From the NCBI RefSeq assembly GCF_006345805.1, contig NC_043020.1, positions 20,956,001-21,020,000 on the forward strand: a stretch of DNA of 64,000 nucleotides. The letters run 5' to 3'. The translations under genes and the position numbers were made by a program. The number at the start of each line of letters is the position of its first letter. Positions within the stretch are counted from its first letter, which is position 1. The notes beneath the pieces are model-generated. The model ran no database searches and had not been told where the DNA came from. It was given only the letters and a program-made list of their open reading frames with translations. This document shows, in pieces, positions 1-11,880 of this stretch. This DNA comes from Octopus sinensis. Its lineage: Eukaryota.

Positions 1-29
1 ACAGCCTAAAATGGTACACAACCACTCCC

Positions 30-400
30 TGTGCCTTCTGAAGTGTTCATATGTAACGTTGCATCGTTGGGATCTATGAAATGACGACTGGTTTACCGTG
101 TAATGGTTTGGCAATCATTTTCTTTTCATTTTGATGTCGGCCATTATATGTACACGATACGAAAGATCAACATATTTCTTTATAAAATTGGTATTCGCCA
201 TTTTCAAAATATGTAATTAAATTTCTTCTTGATGAATAAATTTCCTCTCCGTGACAATTTTTGTTTCATTTAGTGTCTTATTAACATTAGGGTGGAGGGG
301 CTTGTCTGTAAAATGTTTTCAAGAATGTATTCAGTGATTTTCGGAAAATCGTATTAAAAGTCGCACGACAAAATAAGATTGGAAATCATCTGTCTAGAAA
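30..400 (-). pseudogene. Merlin/IS1595 (ISXO2-like) DDE transposase remnant
   Basis: Minus-strand translation with one frameshift at 30-108 gives NHYTVNQS/HFIDPNDATLHMNTSEGT, resembling the Merlin motif H.TVNHS..FVDP.TGAH.N.IE; upstream frames contain stops. Confidence 0.45.
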
Positions 401-1536
401 ACAGGGAGCCTGGTGTCCTTCATAAACTTTCATCAGGTCATGATGAAGTTGTGCCGCAATTGTCGATGAGTTGAGGACACTGGTGATGGAATGGGTTATT
501 ATTGGGCATACGTCATCGTTTCTTATTTCTTTACATACGTCATCGTTTCTCACACAACTGGTAAGTTGTAGTTGATACATGATGATGATCATATCCTCGC
601 ACTGCCGCTAACAGCGAATGACGATGACAATGGCGACGACAATGTGTGCTATGGCTGTGCTATGACATGGCCGAGTATGTCTTTGAAGTCTTTATTTAAA
701 GGATCAATGAAGCTTTGTCGTGAGGTGTTTGGTTGTATGAGGATCACACAAGTAAGGAAGCTAGAGAGAGGGGGAAGGAAGAGAGAAAGAAGAGGAACGT
801 AGGGGCCAGCTCTAGGATGCATTATTTGATGGTAAATAGGAGCAGTGTCAAGGCTGCAGACGGCCGACAGCCTTGTTTGCTTGAAGCAACTACGTAGAGG
901 TGTTTTAGCACTTGGTGTGTATGTGTGTGTGGCGGCGAACCTAGTGGTATAGGGTGGAGGATATTTAGAGGAATTTCACCCAGTACGAGCATTGTAAAGG
1001 TGGCTACAAGGCGGACAGTGAATGTAGAAATCTCAGTGGAAGTCCAGCATAACTGAAAAATGGAAGAGAGCAGGTACGTTAAAGTTGGTTGAGGTCCTCT
1101 TGGCAAAGATCAGAAAAGTTGATTGCAATGTAGGAAGTGGGAAACTTTGCGTGTTCTGTAATGCAGGAAGGCGTCTTTCGAATAAAGGTCTTGCAAGTGT
1201 TATGGTGGTAGTTAAAGTTATTCATTCGATTGTTTAATTTTCTCAAGTACTGTAGGCCGTGTTGTCAGTTTGTACTACAGCAGCGTAGTTGGGGGATTTA
1301 GAGTTATGTGTTTTGGTATATGAAGAAACATGCCAAAGAGAATGATTTTAGTCACCTACTTAATTGTTTCTCATGGTTCAAGAGGGAAACAGATGCACCA
1401 GTACAACAACCGTAAACATTCAGCACAATGGCTGGACAAAGACGAGCCACCAAAACACAGTCCAAAAGCAAAATTCATCAAAAGAAGCTGCTTGCGACCT
1501 TAAGAATATTATTCAACTACCACCGTAGTTGAATGA

Positions 1537-1566
1537 TATACATACATACATACATACATACATACA

Positions 1567-1602
<36 letters not shown>

Positions 1603-1615
1603 TATATGTATGTAT
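1537..1615. repeat. (ATAC)n microsatellite grading into (AT)n
   Basis: Directly visible tandem repeat. Confidence 0.95.
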
Positions 1616-2627
1616 ATAAAACTGAGAATGTGTGTCTGTCTGTCTGTCTGTGTGTTTCCCTAAAACTTGAGAACTACACAACCAATTTCATTCAAATTTT
1701 ACACATGCCTTACTTAGGATCCATGTAGTTTCATGGGCAAAAAAAATGTTCAACTTCTTGCCTAGAGCGAGCCTATAGTAATATCATATCTTCTCCACTA
1801 TTACAGTATTACGTGTTAAAAGTGAAACAAAAACATTTCTCTATTTTATGTCAGATGCTTTCACTTTAACAATAAAAATAATAATAACAATTGAATCATA
1901 TGTAGCAAGTAATAATTAAAATGAAACTAAAGTATAATATAATCGTAACATAACAAAAGTAAAAATAGCAATTGGTATAAAATTGCATCAATGGTTTCAC
2001 ATGAATAGGAATAAATTAAAAATAAAATTAGCGTGCAGAAATGGAATAGTCCAGATTGATAATAAAAAATTAAATTAAAGAAAAGACTATTGTCTATAAA
2101 ATATACAATGTAGAGAAAAAAGAAGATTTGAACACCTGGAGGAAAGCACCATCGAAAAGTGTCTTGGTGCGACTATGAAAGATATGTAACCAGAGGCGGT
2201 AAATTCGCCACAATAGAAGCAAGGTTCCAGTCAACGGAGCATGCAAGGGAGTACTCGACTCGAACTTGCAAGGTGGAAATATTTTATTTTTACCTTTATA
2301 TCTGGGACGTAGGACGTCCCAGATTAAAATTAAAAATGTCCCCCCCCACATAACAGTAGAGGTAGGCTGGATTGTAGCCACACTTCTATACAAGAGGGAG
2401 GACCAGATACAATTGATCGAAATTGCAAGAGACGGGCTTACAATTCCAGTCTGTTATATATTTTGAGTATTGTGATCACTAGCAAGATCAAGATATAACT
2501 TTGTATTTTGTATTTTATGTGTAGATGTATATATATAGATGTACATGTAATATGTACATATATATATATATACATATATACATGCACTAGCACTATGACC
2601 CGGCAACGACGGGTCATAATGCTAGTG
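1610..2627 (+). mobile_element. Non-autonomous Helitron-like element (putative extent)
   Basis: 5' part TATATAAAACTGAGAATG-(TGTC)n-...ACCAATTTCATTCAAATTTTACACA resembles Helitron/HINE 5' ends. At the 3' end, a hairpin (2585-2602/2610-2627, one mismatch) contains CTAG|T at 2622-2626. Linking the two ends is inference. Confidence 0.45.
2090..2450 (+). pseudogene. Frameshifted fragment of Tx1/L1-clade LINE ORF1
   Basis: VYKIYNVEKK, YVTRGGKFATIEARFQSTEHAREYSTRT and NILFLPLYLGRRTSQIKIKNVP align with the 62487-63059 ORF (TYKVYNIKEK, HVNRGARSATVEAHFETAEEARQISTQT, NIILLPLYLGCRTAKVTLEDIP). Confidence 0.8.
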
Positions 2628-2715
2628 TATATATATATATATATATACATATGTATAGATAGATAGATAGATCGTTAGCTACTATACACATTTTTTCTCT
2701 CGTTTTTTCTGTGTA

Positions 2716-2752
2716 CCTTTCTGTAGAAGAGCGTAAGCTCGAAACGTAAAGG
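2716..2752 (+). ncRNA. Minimal hammerhead-like motif with A6U substitution
   Basis: CCTTT-CTGTAGA-A-GAGC(GTAA)GCTC-GAAAC-GT-A-AAGG: stem II GAGC/GCTC, palindromic stem III ACGT, GTA triplet, short stem I. Confidence 0.45.
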
Positions 2753-2830
2753 ACTTTTTTCTATTCCTGAGCGTTATGCTAATACATCTGTTTGTTTTGT
2801 ACACCACATGTCTTCGTCTTTTGTTTTCCC

Positions 2831-2903
<73 letters not shown>

Positions 2904-2955
2904 ACATAAATACACACACATACATATATACATATACATGCACAGACACATATAG

Positions 2956-3112
2956 GTGCAGGCGTGGCTGTATGGTAAGAAGCTTGCATCCCAACCACAT
3001 GGTTCCGGGTTCAGTCCCCATTGCATGCCACCTAGGGCAAGTGTCTTCTGCTATAGCTTCTGGCCGACAAAAGCTTTGTGAGTGGATGTGGTAGACAAAA
3101 ATTTTTAAAAGT

Positions 3113-3118
<6 letters not shown>
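2956..3118 (+). mobile_element. tRNA-derived SINE, family A
   Basis: A-box TGGCTGTATGGT, B-box GGTTCAGTCC, core CACCTAGGGCAAGTGTCTT; shared with copies at 19300, 22565 and 55054. Confidence 0.85.
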
Positions 3119-3167
<49 letters not shown>

Positions 3168-3169
<2 letters not shown>

Positions 3170-3910
3170 CTATTTGCATCACGTGATTTCATTATTACTT
3201 ACGAACCATGAGTCAGCCTCACACCAAATACTAGATCGAAAGACAGTCGAACCGATATAGTATAATAATAGCCAAACAGCCCGTGATGTCGCGAAAAACC
3301 GGCGGGCTACGAAGAAATTAGCATTGGATGTGAAACTGACTGCCTCTGATGATCCGCAGTACGGTGAAATCATGTGAACAGATGGTGATTTCATCAGCTG
3401 ATATAATTGGTATTTAATTTGCACGTGTCATCAACATGAGATAGTATTTCTGGACGTCAACCGTAGTTTAAGGCAATTTAAACAACACGCCCAATTTACA
3501 AACACTGTTACCGTTATTAATAGCTAATTCGTATCCTACCAGCCGTTTGCGACGTAACTGAATGTTTAGCTATTATTATACTATATCGGTTCGATTGACT
3601 TTCGTCCTGGTACTTGGTGTGAGGCTGACTGCCACTCATGATTCGTAACTAATAATAAAATCACATGATGCAAATAGTTTTATATATATTATTATATTAT
3701 ATCGGTTTGACTGACTTTTTTTTTCTGTGATCGATGCAAAGACTGGCTGCCGCCGATGATCTGCAGCAACGGTCAAATCACGTGATACGGTCATGCCTTC
3801 TATCGGTGCAGAAGATAATTTCGTCAGCTGGTATAGTCGGTACTTAATCAGCTTGTGTCGTCAGCATGAACTGATATCTCTGGGCGTTAACAGCAGTTTA
3901 AGGTGATCTA
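3168..3910. repeat. Composite inverted/direct repeat block carrying decayed hammerhead-like motifs
   Basis: 3168-3273 is an inverted copy of 3568-3679; ~3335-3505 is a diverged direct copy of ~3740-3900. Motifs: CTGATGA..GAAATCATGTGA (3346) and CCGATGA..CAAATCACGTGATA (3753). Confidence 0.7.
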
Positions 3911-4179
3911 AACAACACATCCAATTTAAGCTGGATGTGCGAAATATTATTTGTTACAAACACTGCTACTGGTACTAACAGCTAATTTATAAATACACAT
4001 ACATGCATGCATGCATACATACATACATACATACATACATACATACATACATACATACATGTGTGTGTATATATGTCTGTGTGTATGTGTATATGTATAT
4101 ATATGTAAAAAATGCATTCGTATATCTATCAATAGTGTGTGTATATTATCTCTAGTGCACAGTATTATACATCCATTAC

Positions 4180-4271
4180 GGCTGATCTTACCAATCGGCT
4201 TCGCACCAGGGATTCAACGGAGTGTTTGGTAACAATCCGATTATGCAACCCTGCAATCATCAGAGGTAGCC
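4180..4271 (-). ncRNA. Decayed type I hammerhead in PLE 3' region
   Basis: GGCTACCT-CTGATGA-long stem II (CAGGG/CCCTG)-GAAG-CC-GATT-GG-TA-AGATCAGCC; A15.1 is G; stem I partly pairs. Confidence 0.5.
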
Positions 4272-4528
4272 GATATGGAATGAAATATGGCGAGTGCTCT
4301 CTATTGTTGGAGGTGAATAGACACACCCGGTGTGCGGTTGCTGTGAAAAAGGTGGTGAAACGAAACGAGTTAGCGGTTGAGTTATGTCCCTTGGTACTAA
4401 AACATCCCCACTGGAGTAGTTATGTTGCAATTCAGTAAGAGTTTTCTGGAAAAGTTTGTGGGAAATGTGTGTGTCCTTAAGATTAGTGTTCTTGTGGAAA
4501 TGGAATTTGTGTAATGATACTATATGTA

Positions 4529-5789
4529 CGAGGGGCGTTCAATAAGTAATGCCCCTGACCCACTTCCCATAGCAGTAGAGCAACGAAACTTGGCACAGTT
4601 ATTAGTCTTTTTCTACATAGAAACCACCCAGAGTTACGCATTTCTGCCATCGTTTGATGCAGCGCTGGAGACCGTTTTTGTAGAAGACCCCAGTTTGGTC
4701 CTCCAGCCACGACATGACTTTAGAAATCAAGGCTGCATCATCTGTGAAATGCTTTCCTTTCAAAAAAAACTTCATGGCTGGGAAGAGGTGAAAATCAGAG
4801 GGTGCAAGGTCAGGAGCGTAGGGGGGATGGGGGAGGAGTTCATAGCAGCACGCCTGTGCTTCTGATCTGGCGACACGCGAGTTGTGAACCGGAGCGTTGT
4901 CCTGCAGGAGGAGGATGCCTTTGCTGATCTTGCCCCACCTCTTGATTTTGATAGCTTCTCATAATTTCCTCAAAAGTGAAGCATAATAGGCTCCTGTAAT
5001 TGTGGTACCCTTTGCCAGGAAATCTGTCATCACTACTCCGTCCTGGTCCCAGAAGACTGTGAGCATGACCTTGCCAGCGGAGGGCTGCACCCTTGCCTTC
5101 TTTGGAGGAGGTGAGTCACGGTGCTTCCACTGCATTGACTGGACTTTGGTCTCTGAATCATAGTGATGGACCCAGGTTTCATCCTGTGTAATCAGTCTTT
5201 TGAAAAATTTTGACTCATCTTCTTGGCACATCTCCAAATTCATCCTCGAGCACTCGACGCGTTCTTGCTTCTGGAAAGGTGTGAGCAACCTGGGAATCCA
5301 TCTGGCAGACACCTTTTGCATATGCAAATGGTCATGAATGATAGTTTCCACAGACCCGGAATAGTTATGCATCGATCTTCCAAAATGGCAGCCTCAACTT
5401 GACGGACAGATGCCTCATCAATGGCAGAAGGGGGTGACCAGATCTGGGAGCTGTTTCCACAGAGTTCCGACCATGTTTGAATTCACGATGCCAGCGTTTT
5501 ACAAGGTCATATGATGGGGCATCATCACCATAAGTTACTTTCATTTCATTAAAAGTCTCCTGTGGTGTGCGTCCTTTCAAATACAAAAACCGGATCACTG
5601 CTCGACACTCAATAGGCTCCATTTCACACTTGACTCAGTTCAAACACCTGTAAATCAGAAACCACAATTAATTCAGTGCTGTAATTTGCCACTTACTCTA
5701 TAGAGATATAAATGATTGCACATGCAAAATTTCAGCTAGATCAAACAACTTCAAGTGGGTCAGAAGCATTACTTATTGAACGTCCCACG
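4529..5789 (-). mobile_element. Full-length mariner transposon (irritans-like TIR), TA TSD
   Basis: TIR CGAGGGGCGTTCAATAAGTAATGCCCCTGACCC matches the reverse complement of the right end with 4 mismatches; TA at 4527-4528 and 5790-5791; 1261 bp. Confidence 0.95.
4602..5622 (-). pseudogene. Mariner DD34D transposase, inactivated
   Basis: N-terminal HTH (MEPIECRAVIRFL), WIPRLL, TQDETWVH, QDNAP, PPYAPDLAPSDFHLF; frameshift near 5400-5440 and a TGA at 4959-4961. Confidence 0.93.
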
Positions 5790-5997
5790 TATACCCTTTG
5801 TAGTGGGTGTGGGCATACACATCTGTGTTCGTTAGTGTGTTTTCTTTTTTTTATGCATTGGTTAAGTCCGTAGGGCATTTATGTGTGCATGGGGTGTGTG
5901 TAGGGGTACAATATGTGTGGGAGCTTATATTGGGGGTGGTGGATAACAGTCAATTGGGTAGGTGTCCGCCGTGTTGGTGTGTATGTTTGTGGGTGCG

Positions 5998-7230
5998 TTA
6001 GTGTATGCTCTGGTCAAACTCATTGCCGGACTCCAGGGTATTTATTGGTGGAGGGCCGAAGTTAGGGGTCTGATGATTATAGTCATGATGGGACACGCAG
6101 GTATGGTAAGGTGTATTTCCTTTCATGTGGGCAAGGATTATAATTCCGCCGTTCCATGAGCATGTTGTGTTACCCCTACATGAGTGTCCTACTTCTGTCT
6201 CGGGTGTGGGCCTACCTGCTAAAATCTTTTTTACATTGAGTGCACAGCTAAACGAAGTTCTCAGGGTATGCCTCTTGAATATTTTGTAGAACCTATTTGT
6301 ACGAGGGAAGTGCTTATCTACTAAGCTAAGAAAAATCATACTATTCAGGTTTTAACACTTAAAGCGAAGGGCAGTGTGAATCACTTAAAAAGAAGGGCGG
6401 TGCTTTCTTTTGGACGGGTTAGGGACTGCCGTGTAACTAATTCTATCCTTGAAACCGCTGGCGGCGAGAGCATCATTGTAGTATAAGGCGGCAGCATAAA
6501 AAATCTCTGTTTGAAGATAGGCTGGAGATTTTTCTGCTGACGCTCTTTACCAGGTTCTTGAAAACTGTGGCTGGATGACAGGAACCTGTGTTAATGTATG
6601 ATAGCTTCTCGCTTGGCTTCCTAAAGAGTCTGTAGGCACCGGACTCCAATTCCAGGGTCACATCAGGGAAATCCGCCGTTTTCAGGTTGGTTTCTATCGT
6701 GACCTGCAGTCCAAGGGAGTTCATGGTGCTGGTGAAATCCTTTTAAGCTTGTCTAGCGTGTGACCGTTTGCCCCTCTTGATATTGCCAATGCATCATCTC
6801 TGTAAAGCCCAGAGTTAGTTGAAGGGAATTTCTTTTTGAGTACATCTACGATGAAGAAACCAACGAGGTCACACACGTCAGCACTGTCGAAGGCGCCCAT
6901 TGCTACGTCAAAGGAGCTTTCTGGGTCAGTTCGTTTGACCCAGGCCGACCCCTTACTGAAGAGTAAGGCTCTTCTAGCGGGCAATATAATGCGTATGTCC
7001 TCGTCACTGACTTCAGTGTAGGCCCTAGCGAAGTCCAGTGCCTTAAAAGGAGCTCCTCGATATAGATAGGAAAAGTTCAATATATTGAATTGGGTAAACC
7101 TAGCTCTACTCCTTCCGCTAATGGTTTTAAACCATGTTATGACCTCGATGGTGTTGCACCATAGGGCGAGGCCAGAAACATTTCTAACGCCGTTACAAGG
7201 AAAAATAAAGTCCCACTACATTACAAACAC
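5998..7230 (-). pseudogene. Penelope-like reverse transcriptase plus truncated endonuclease region
   Basis: FDVAMGAFDSADVCDLVG, GLYRDD, DFPDVTL, LSYINTGSCHP and FYKIFKRHTLRTSFSC, typical of PLE RT/thumb; several frameshifts. Confidence 0.88.
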
Positions 7231-7235
7231 CACAA

Positions 7236-9060
7236 GTGCAAAATCATAAACAAGTGCTCAAGACTCCTACACCTACTCCCACACCCACTCCAAAGCCAAG
7301 AAAAAGGAGTCTAGCCCCGGTTGCCACGGAAAAGCAAGTTGCTCCTGAATGCTTATCCTCCCAAGCCAACATCAACTGCAATGACATGGGGAAGGAAGAG
7401 CTGAACGATCAATGGATCACAGTGACAAAAGGGGGTGGGCGAAAGAGGAGGAGAGTACATAGCCCCACTCCAAGAAATTAACAAAAACTCATTCTGAAGC
7501 CACAACTGCAACACAATTCACAACCACTCCAACAAAAACAAGAACAAGATCAACAACTTCAAAAGCAGCAACATCATCAACAACAGCACGAGATTAAAGA
7601 AACCGAGAAACAACTGATTACAGAACTTCAAAAATATTCATCAGACTGTAGATGAAACGTCTCCATCAATTTCACTGTTGTGAACAAGTGTAACAGTGAA
7701 TTGATGGATTTTGTAATTCGAAACAAAAACAAAATAGAGTCAGAGGGAAAGGAATTTGAGGATTTCATCCTCAAAATCCTCAAGGACAGACTTTATAAAA
7801 CAATAAAAGTAAAATTCATCAGACGTTTATAAAACTATAATTGAAAAATTCCTAGGTAGTGTGGGATTTAAAAAAAATATGTTGATAAAGGGTTATTGGA
7901 TGGGCCTTTTAAAACATTTTTGCCAAGAGAGGCCCGGAACTTCCGGGCTTCTCGAAAATCAAGGTGAGTAATCTCCGCGTTTTCTTTCTCCGACTAGCAT
8001 GGCTGTGCTGAGAATGGTTTATGTGAACGTGCGTGGCCTAGGATCAACTTGGAAGCAAGGTCACTTGCTCAACGATATTAGGTTTTTTCATTTGGATGTG
8101 GCTGCCATTACTGAAACAAGGGTCTCCGGAAAACACGCTCTAGCATTCTTTTTTTAGGACTACGAGGTATTCTCATCTTGTGGTCTATCAGGAGCGGGTG
8201 GCGGTGTAGCAGTGCTACTCCGGAAATCCTTATATCTCCAAGCACGGTCTATCTTCCTGGACCCGGATGGTAGGGTGGTGGTCCTGGTCGTGAATGGCAA
8301 TGAAGGTGGCGCCTTTAGATTAGTGGTGGTTTATGCTCCAACAGGGACTGGAAGGTCAGATTTCTTCAGGTGTCTAGAAACATTCTTGGGAACGTCTCGC
8401 ATTTTAGTACTAGTGGGGGACTGGAATAGTATTTTGGACACACGGAAGGACTGTGTGGGTTTAGTACATAGTAGAAGGGAGTGTAAAAGACTCGAAAACC
8501 TGCTCAGGACTTTCCAGCTTTCTGACAGGTACCAAATGGATTTCCTCTGATGTGCCAGTGTGGACATGGAGCAACCGCAGCGGGTCATCCAGATCCTATT
8601 TAGATAGATTATTTGTTAGGTGAGAGGATAGGGACAGCATATGTTGCCCACAATTTAAATTGGTCGGCTACACAGATCACAAAATTTGTGATATGCTCAG
8701 TTGATTTAGATAGGACGTGTATACAGGGACCCAGTTACTGGAAGTTGAATGCGTTCTTGCCGGCTCGCAAAGACTACAGGGACTGGATAAGCGAACTAGT
8801 TAAGCAACAGTTGACGGGGGTTATCGCCAACAACCTGTAGTGGATCGCTCTGAAGAGAGCGATTAGAGTAGAATCGATAGCGTATAGCAAAGATTTAGCA
8901 ATAGAAAGAAATAGATTAGAGGGAGAACTAGATAGCAATCTAGAAGAGGCGATTAGTAAAGGCATCGTCACCGATGCGTTAGCGGCGAGAATGGCCCCTG
9001 ATAATTTTTTGAGGCGAAACATGAAGGGTGCGTTGCCAGAGCTAAGGTCCGTGCGCTAAA
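7236..9060 (+). mobile_element. Tx1/L1-clade LINE fragment (ORF1 C-terminus + APE endonuclease), 3' end lost at Dong junction
   Basis: ORF2 starts at ATG 7999: MAVLRMVYVNVRGL..AAITETR..GGGVAVLLRK..VVYAPT..VGDWNSILD..TWSN..SYLDR..GPSYWKLN, with stops and frameshifts. Confidence 0.88.
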
Positions 9061-9089
9061 ACACGAAAGAACTAAAGGGCCTGAAAGTG

Positions 9090-11622
9090 GTAATAGAGTA
9101 ACTGAAACAGCGCCTCATTGCAGAGAAAGCAAAGATGGTGAGATACGACCAAAGAATGAAGGGATGTCAGCAGAATAGGTTATTCAGAGTAGATCAGGAG
9201 AGATTCTACAAACAAATGAATGGAGAGTACAGATGAAAAGTTGACACGAGATAGCATTGAAAGTCTAAGGTTTTGGAATGACATCTGGAGCAAAGACAAG
9301 GAGCACAAGAATGATGCTGAATGGTCACAAGAACTGAAACAAACGGTAGTCAGTCCAAAACAGGCAGAACTAGTCATTTCAGTTAGGGAAGTGAAGGAAA
9401 TCAGTAAAGAAATGGGTAACTGGAAGGCCCCGGGACCAGATGGAGTTCAAGGCTACTGTATCAAAAGATTTGGTGTATGTCATGCATGAATAGCTGCACA
9501 ACTCAACACCATATTAAATGCCGACCAAGTAACAGCAGAGTGGCTGACAATGGGTAGGAGAGTGCTGTGCTTGAAAAACATCAAAAAAGGCAATACGGTA
9601 GACAATTACAAGCCGATATCCTGCTTGCCGCTTATGTAGTTTTTATTGACTGGAATAGTCGCAGAGTCAATGTACAGACATTTGGGAAAAAATGGAGTCC
9701 TGCCATATGAGCAGAAGGGGTGCAAGCGTAAGTGCAGAGGTACCAAGGATCAACTACTGGTTGACAAAACTGTACTTAGAGACTGCAAAAGGAAGAAGAC
9801 TAACTTTGCCATATCATGGATCGATTATCGTAAAGCATACGATATGATCTCACATTCTTGGATTATGGAATGTATGAACCTATCTGGTATTGCATCGAAT
9901 GTCGAGCGATTGCTTCGAAAAAGTATGGCGAATTGGAAGAAGTTTAGGAATAATAGAAATCAGGAGAGGTATCTTCCAAGGAGACTGCTTGTCCCCACTA
10001 ATCTTTGTACTGTGAATACCACTAACACTGATTCTGAGGAAAGCGAAGGCTGGGTGTATATTCAAGAACCATCAACAAAAAGTCAACCACTTGTTATTCA
10101 TGGATGACCTCAAACTTTATGGTGAAGATGAATCCCAAGTCAGTTCCTTAATTGATACGATGTAAACCTTCAGTGCTGATATCAGAATGGAGTTCAGACT
10201 GAAGAAGTGTGGTGTTAGTCTTGAAGAGAGGCAAAATCAAATGTATGGACAGGCTAGCGATACCGTCGAGGGATGTTATGAAGTAAATAGAAGAGACGGG
10301 CTATAAGTACTTGGGGAGTTTGGAAATGTATAAATTGATGGAGAAAGAAATGACAGAAAAATTTAAGGTGGAGTACGTGCACAGACTGAGACTGATCCTT
10401 AAGTCAAAATTAAACGGACGGAATAAGAATGAAGCTATCAACACCTGGGCGGTTTCACTACTTAGATATGGAGCAGGGGTGATCGCATGGACAGTAGACG
10501 AACTAAATAGCTTAGACACAAAGACAAGGAAGTTGCTGATTAGATATGGGATACTCCACCCCAAAAGTGACACAGATAGACTGTATCAAGAAGAGGGAAA
10601 GAGGACTGATTGGATGCGAACACAGTATTAGAGCAGAAGAAAACAACATAGTATGGTATGTAAAAAATGCCACAGAGCCAGTATTATTGGAAGTAAGAAG
10701 GCCAGGCTTGTGTAGGATGGAAGATTGCAAAAATTAAGCACTGTACAAGCACTTGAGAATGAATGAAATTGAAAATAGGTGGATAAAGAAAAGAATGCAT
10801 GGACAATTTCATAGGGATGTTGAAGATAAGACATACCGAGTAAAAAGATGGTTATGGATGACTAAAAGTGATTTAAAACCAGAGATGGAGACTCTAATAT
10901 GTGCTTCCCAAGATCAAGCATTAAGAACCAATTACATCAAATACAGAATAGTCAACACATCAGAAAGTGATAAGTGTAGAATCTGTGGACAAAATGAGGA
11001 AACCATATGGCATATTACCAATCAATTTACGCCACTAGACCAGAAAGAACATAAGAGATGTTATGACAACATAGCAAGGATTGTCCATTGGACTATTTGC
11101 AACTGGTATGGACTTGACAGAGCAAAAAAGTAGTACGGACATAAACCCGAAGGTATCATTGAAAATGAAAATGCAAAGATCCAATGGGATTTTATGATTC
11201 AGTTTGACCACGAGATAGAGAATAGGAAACCAGACATAGTATTAATTGAGAAAGAAAGCAAACGATGCTGGATCATAGATATAGGATGCCCAGCTGACTA
11301 CAAGGTATGCGATAAGGAAGAAAGAAAAGTCGATATATATGACAGGTTAGCTTGGGAAGTTAAGCAGTTGTGGTTTTTGAAAAAAGTGGTAGTAGTATCA
11401 ATAATTGTTGGAGCCCCAGGAACACTGAGTAAAAATCTTGAGAAGTGCATGGAACAAATAGGGGCTGCAGTAAAGGTGGAGCACTTGTAGGAAATAGCAC
11501 TGCTTGGAACCGCTCAAATACCTCGGATGGTGTTTGAAAATTATGGGGTGTTACCTTAGTTAACTGGTAGTGAACAGCTGACACCGTAGTACAACAATAG
11601 CGTTAGAAGCTGTGCAAAGACA
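9090..11622 (+). mobile_element. R4/Dong-clade non-LTR retrotransposon copy 1 (RT + CCHC + REL endonuclease), degenerate
   Basis: [77 protein letters not shown]; followed by an (AAT)n tail. Confidence 0.9.
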
Positions 11623-11626
11623 ATAA

Positions 11627-11746
<120 letters not shown>

Positions 11747-11789
11747 GTTCTATATTTAAGAGATGAGGAATTATGTACATTATGTACAT

Positions 11790-11880
11790 TATTTACATTT
11801 GATGGATATTTGTCTGCATCTTGTTTGTTGTTAACACAACGTTTCGGTTGATATACCCTCCATCCTTCTTCAGATGTCTT
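11790..11880 (-). other. PLE-type terminal fragment with decayed hammerhead-like motif
   Basis: Minus strand reads CTGAAGA-A-GG..CC-GAAACGTTGTG; stems I and II are poorly paired. Confidence 0.35.

Larger units (their letters stand above)
4140..7232 (-). mobile_element. 5'-truncated Penelope-like retroelement interrupted by a mariner
   Basis: RT and GIY-YIG-region remnants at 5998-7230, CA-rich 3' region on both sides of the mariner, and a decayed HHR at 4180-4271. Confidence 0.75.

Noticed and set aside
800-1530. Higher-complexity segment with short ORFs (822-1106)
   Set aside because: Probably a decayed retroelement, but no motif could be recognised in any frame.
2438-3192. ORFs with YI/HT/CV/II/SL runs here and throughout (e.g. 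20767-21129, 45679-45977, 55609-55847)
   Set aside because: They are translations of (TA)n, (CA)n, (ATAC)n and (TAA)n microsatellites, not genes.
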